Positions 59,847 through 64,000 of a DNA stretch of 64,000 bases are shown here, one piece after another. Under the pieces are notes generated by a model. The model was not told the DNA's origin. It did not search any database and saw nothing but the letters and a program-made list of their open reading frames with translations. The stretch's first letter is position 1. Each line of letters starts with the position of its first letter. The DNA is from Tubiluchus corallicola (taxonomy: Eukaryota > Animalia > Priapulida). The stretch spans positions 1 through 64,000 of the forward strand of contig JAQGDQ010000723.1 in assembly GCA_030141605.1 (NCBI GenBank), given 5' to 3'. The translations under genes and the position numbers were made by a program.

Positions 59847-60497
59847 AGGACAAGAAAGGGGTACCTGAACTTCGTTTCAGAAAAATCGCCTTAAAAAATT
59901 ACACTACCTTGCAGTAATTTTATGCTTGTTGAAAGGAATTTTTGTTTGTTTCATTTTAAATCTCCCGCAATACTGTTCCGAAGTCGCCACTACATGACGT
60001 CACCTACGCAAACGTAAATCAGGGGAAGAAACTGCAATTTTAAATTATGTACCAAAAAACTTTCCGTGCAAATCTATATTACTTAGCATCTCGCTTACCT
60101 GCTGGAAAGACTTATGTAACTAGAAAAGAAAATTATTAATTATTTAAATGTTTTCACCAATTGGTAAAATGTCGCTGACTCACCCTCCATGGTGCACCAC
60201 TCACTAAGCAAAAACTTATTTTTAATCTTATTGACAAGATACAGTAATTAAAAATTTTATTTAGTTAGTGACGTGGATGCTACGAATGCTCTGATTATTT
60301 TTTCTAACGTTATCTAAACTTGTTTCAAACGACCTACCGTCAAAATGGTTGCGCCTAAAGGTTATTGCGGGAGTTTAAATGTTTATACAGCGTTTCTGCC
60401 GTCACAAGCCCTGTATGCAAAAAGGTAGTATTTAAGTGATATAAAATTTCAAGACGAATTTTTAAAGCTTTATGTACGTGGAGGATTTTCTTGTGCT
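59847..60497. mobile_element. Kolobok-like MITE (family A), copy 2
   Basis: ttaa|aggacaagaaa ... tttcttgtgct|ttaa. Confidence 0.8.
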
Positions 60498-62719
60498 TTA
60501 AGTGTCTGCGTTTTTAAATTACTTCATTAAGTAGCGTTTACGTAACATCCACATGCGTTTTGTGGGGAGTTCCGAATAGATCATATCGGCTTGTATTGTT
60601 TTCAATGCACCCGTTTCTGCAGCAAGTGTATGCGGTATTGTTTTTCTGCAGATGGAAACGCATACGCATCCGCATGCTACGTAAACGCCACTTAATGCTT
60701 TTATCAATAACTAAATACTGCTTATGCCTTATGGTGTATTGCCCATGAAAACAACTGGAACTCAAGACCTGATGCACCAGTGAAGTGTTTTCATTATTTC
60801 ACTCACAACTGCTTAAATAAGTAAACATGCGAAAACTGCTTGTAGCGTGTCAAGTATAAAAACGACACCGTTAAATGTACATTATTGATGCACTGGGTCC
60901 TCGGTTATGTACTGTCTGTACATAACAACACGTACTCACTTTTCATTGTGATGCATCATTAAACCTACCCATGTAATATTTTACCAAAAAACTAAAATTT
61001 TTATCCATAAAAACTGAACAGAAGAAAATTAGAGAGTCAGCTTTTCTGCAAGCATTTAATCAGCTAAATTTGTTTACACATTTATAATAGACTACAAAAC
61101 TATCAGTTCCGTTATTAATATCATCACCATTGTTATTATCATTTACTTTCGTTCAACGTGAGATGTACATGAATGTGGTCACTATAAGAAAGCAATTCAT
61201 TAACAGATAAGATAAATAAGGAAACACGGGTTACTAACTAAATGATTTAGTAACTTCAGACATAGGCTTAAAACATAAAATAGAAAGTTAGAATAATTTT
61301 TATGTGTAAAAGTCACACCCAAACAAAGCCACCCCACACCCCTAAAGCCCTACAGTAAAAAGGGGTGCAGATATGAGTACATGTACAGAAAAATAAAATG
61401 CATATAACCAGTTCGCTATGTCTGTTGATTTCTTCCTAAATTGAATGAGTGTAGTTTTCGGCAAAACAATTTTCAGGTAAATAATTCCACAGATAAGAAA
61501 TTTGAGAAAGAACTTCGCCCAGGGTAAGCCTACAAACAAGAGGGAGCAGAAAAACGAACATTAGGACCAAACTATTGGCATTTAACGTAATCTGTAAAAA
61601 GTCCTTTCAAAGCTAAAGCAACTAATCTTCAACGGGAAAGTGACTGCAGGGCTGACCTCAAATCAGACCCGACCCAACTGATTATATGATTTTGCAAAGA
61701 TCAAGAAGATGAGCCTCATACAGAACCAGTAAGCTTGTTAACTATACGATGCAGCTTTGTAATTAATTTGTCTTGATTTCAGTGGCTGACCTTCAACCGT
61801 GTTACCGCTACAGTAACTATCAGTTTGGCGTCCATAGAAACGCCTAATCTTTGCAAATGGTTGGAGGCCTTGTGGCAGGTCAAGCCTCTTATTACAAAGG
61901 AACATTTTCTAAGGCAAGATGTATATATATATATTCCTTTAATGATAACCATGGGAACAGGGAGCACGACTGACGATAAGAGTCAAAACAAATACTAATC
62001 TCGACAATTACCCATCCATTTACTGATAAGGCCCAGTGTCACTTAACTTCTGACACCAAGACGACACAGTAACCATTAAGCCATTTACCCATTGAAAATC
62101 AACCCATTTTTAGAAGCTGTGTGAATAAAATAGATACATCTACAACAATTTTGAATCATATCATACCACACTACATTCACATACCACGAAAAAGCCGCAA
62201 AATGACATTTATTATTGATCGAAACAAGAAACCTGCGTTCAATTATTACAGAAGCTGGAAAAAACAAGATCTTATTGACTCCAAAATTTCTTTTATTTGC
62301 TTCTTACTTACAATTTCTGTAAAACGTCTACAAAAACGCCATTTTTTCGATGAAAATACATGTAACAATGAAACTTTGACCACACAACAGTCACTCTGCT
62401 GATAACATTGCACAAAACAACCACTCGTCCTAATACCCACAGTTTATCAACAAAGAGGATTACATGCTAATGCAACTGTGGGAGCCAGCAAACAAGAGTT
62501 TAATACGCTAAAATGTCACACACAATATGCTAAATCCGACTCACTTAATTGGATTTAGTGGCAGGAGGCGGATCCAGAACACACGGTGTGCAATGAACTT
62601 GTATTTAGAAACAAGAGGTGGATCAAAATTTGGAGGGGCGTTAAACTAGTATTTTGCAAACAAATGGTGGATCCAAAAAGAAGGGGTACACAAAATGGTA
62701 TTTAGTGGCAAGAAAAATG

Positions 62720-62971
62720 GTTCCATTGAAAGGGCGTAGCAAAAGAGATTGTGCTCTATGAAGCCTACGCACTGAGGGCGCACAAGAACAAGAGACCTAA
62801 TCAGTCGTTGGGCCAGCTTTCTTGACCTAGTAGATGTCCAGACACCTTAAGTAAATTGGCCAGCAAAATCCTGCTTAAGTAGTGAATGTGGTGCCTTGAA
62901 AAGCAATGACACGAGCGGGATTCGAACCCAGGTGGACAGCCAAGTGCTGTAACCACTCAGTTACAGTGCCT
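62720..62971 (-). mobile_element. tRNA-derived SINE
   Basis: Minus strand reads ggcactgtaactgagtggttac (A box) ... gggttcgaatccc (B box), followed by a non-tRNA body; the 3' limit is approximate. Confidence 0.6.
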
Positions 62972-64000
62972 TCCAAATATCATTCTTGAAAGTGGCAGGT
63001 GGATCCATAATGCAAATGGCAGCTATAAATTAATACTTATTAGAAGGTGGATCCTGAATGAAAAGATCAATAATTTAGGAATCTGTGAAAAGAAGTGGAA
63101 ACAGAACAAAGAGAGGATGAAAAGTTTACCATTTACAGGAAAATGGCGGCTCCAAAACAAGGCAAAAAAAACGGCACTAAAAATCAGAAACAGTGAATGT
63201 AACAACTAAGTGGCTACAATAAGAGCTTAGCAGTTTAGCAACGCGCATTTGGTAATTGGACGGGTAGCCTGCTTTAGGAGTGTTTTCACTTACCATGCTG
63301 TCTTTGGTCACTTACGTTTTTACACAGGATTTATAAAAATCTGACCATAGCTAAGATACCTCCTTTATAAACAGCTAGGGATGATCGAAGTTGATCAGTC
63401 AATGGTTTAAGACACCTAGGTTCAATTTTTGTGCCGACTGGTTTCATTCACCATACCTATTATGACTGTTCACCTCACAAATGGGTGGATATAGCGTGTA
63501 TACCATCCGAATCTAAACAAATTACTTTGGCTGGTTTGGTGCTTCATGTGCACAAGTCGTCCTTGCCATAAAATAGTCTCGCCACAAACATTAACAAATG
63601 AATAAGCTCTGGTACTGAAGTACTGGCTTCCCTAAGTGTATCTAAAAATGTATGAAAAAATCGTCTACTAATTAGGCCACTATTCAGTGTTGGGTCAAGG
63701 CCTGCAGTTGCCAAACTATTTAAAAAACTGGCACCACTAGAATGGGAAGAAGGCATAACCTGGTGTAAACAAATAAACAAAAGATCACGTTTTTGCTAAT
63801 CATGTAATTATGCAAGATAGTATTAGTTTTACTTCCATAAAATCACAAATTATTTCTTTTATCTAGTCCACTACAACAAACTAAAATGAACAAAAATAAG
63901 ATTTGATTAGCGTAGACATAAATAAAAGAAATAAAGGATTAGGCATTCATGCAGGAAATGGTTTGCCAGCTCAGTAAATACCTGCCCCACCTAGACATGC

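Noticed and set aside
62905-62971. tRNA gene on the minus strand
   Set aside because: The anticodon arm is missing and a non-tRNA body follows; treated as a SINE.

Overview
AT-rich animal genomic DNA with spliceosomal introns. The goosecoid, 5S and SINE types suggest an invertebrate, probably spiralian (inference). I reconstructed four protein-coding genes by hand from splice sites and reading-frame phase. (1) The last six coding exons of usherin/USH2A (+, 1129-7007): FN3 pieces, TM helix and C-terminal PDZ-binding motif DSHL. (2) A complete 12-coding-exon DDX28-like mitochondrial DEAD-box helicase (-, 25019-9557, about 533 aa). (3) A phospholipid scramblase with an intronless CDS (+, 28976-29713). 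(4) A three-exon goosecoid (+, 46270-59207) with an eh1 motif and K50 homeodomain. Non-coding DNA is dense with MITEs (hAT-, Kolobok-, Sola1- and Tc1/pogo-like by TIR/TSD), LINE remnants, SINEs, minisatellites and microsatellites. The most notable observations are: a 63-bp minisatellite that is an amplified usherin exon-intron junction (25 tandem 5' splice sites, only the first and non-consensus one giving full-length protein); a TSD-flanked 5S-rRNA-headed SINE in goosecoid intron 2; a Penelope-like inverted repeat with a degenerate hammerhead core upstream of goosecoid; and inverted MITE copies flanking an in-frame three-exon block of DDX28. No CRISPR array or prokaryotic system is present, and most ORF-track entries are repeat artefacts. 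All family assignments come from motif recognition; no database searches were run.
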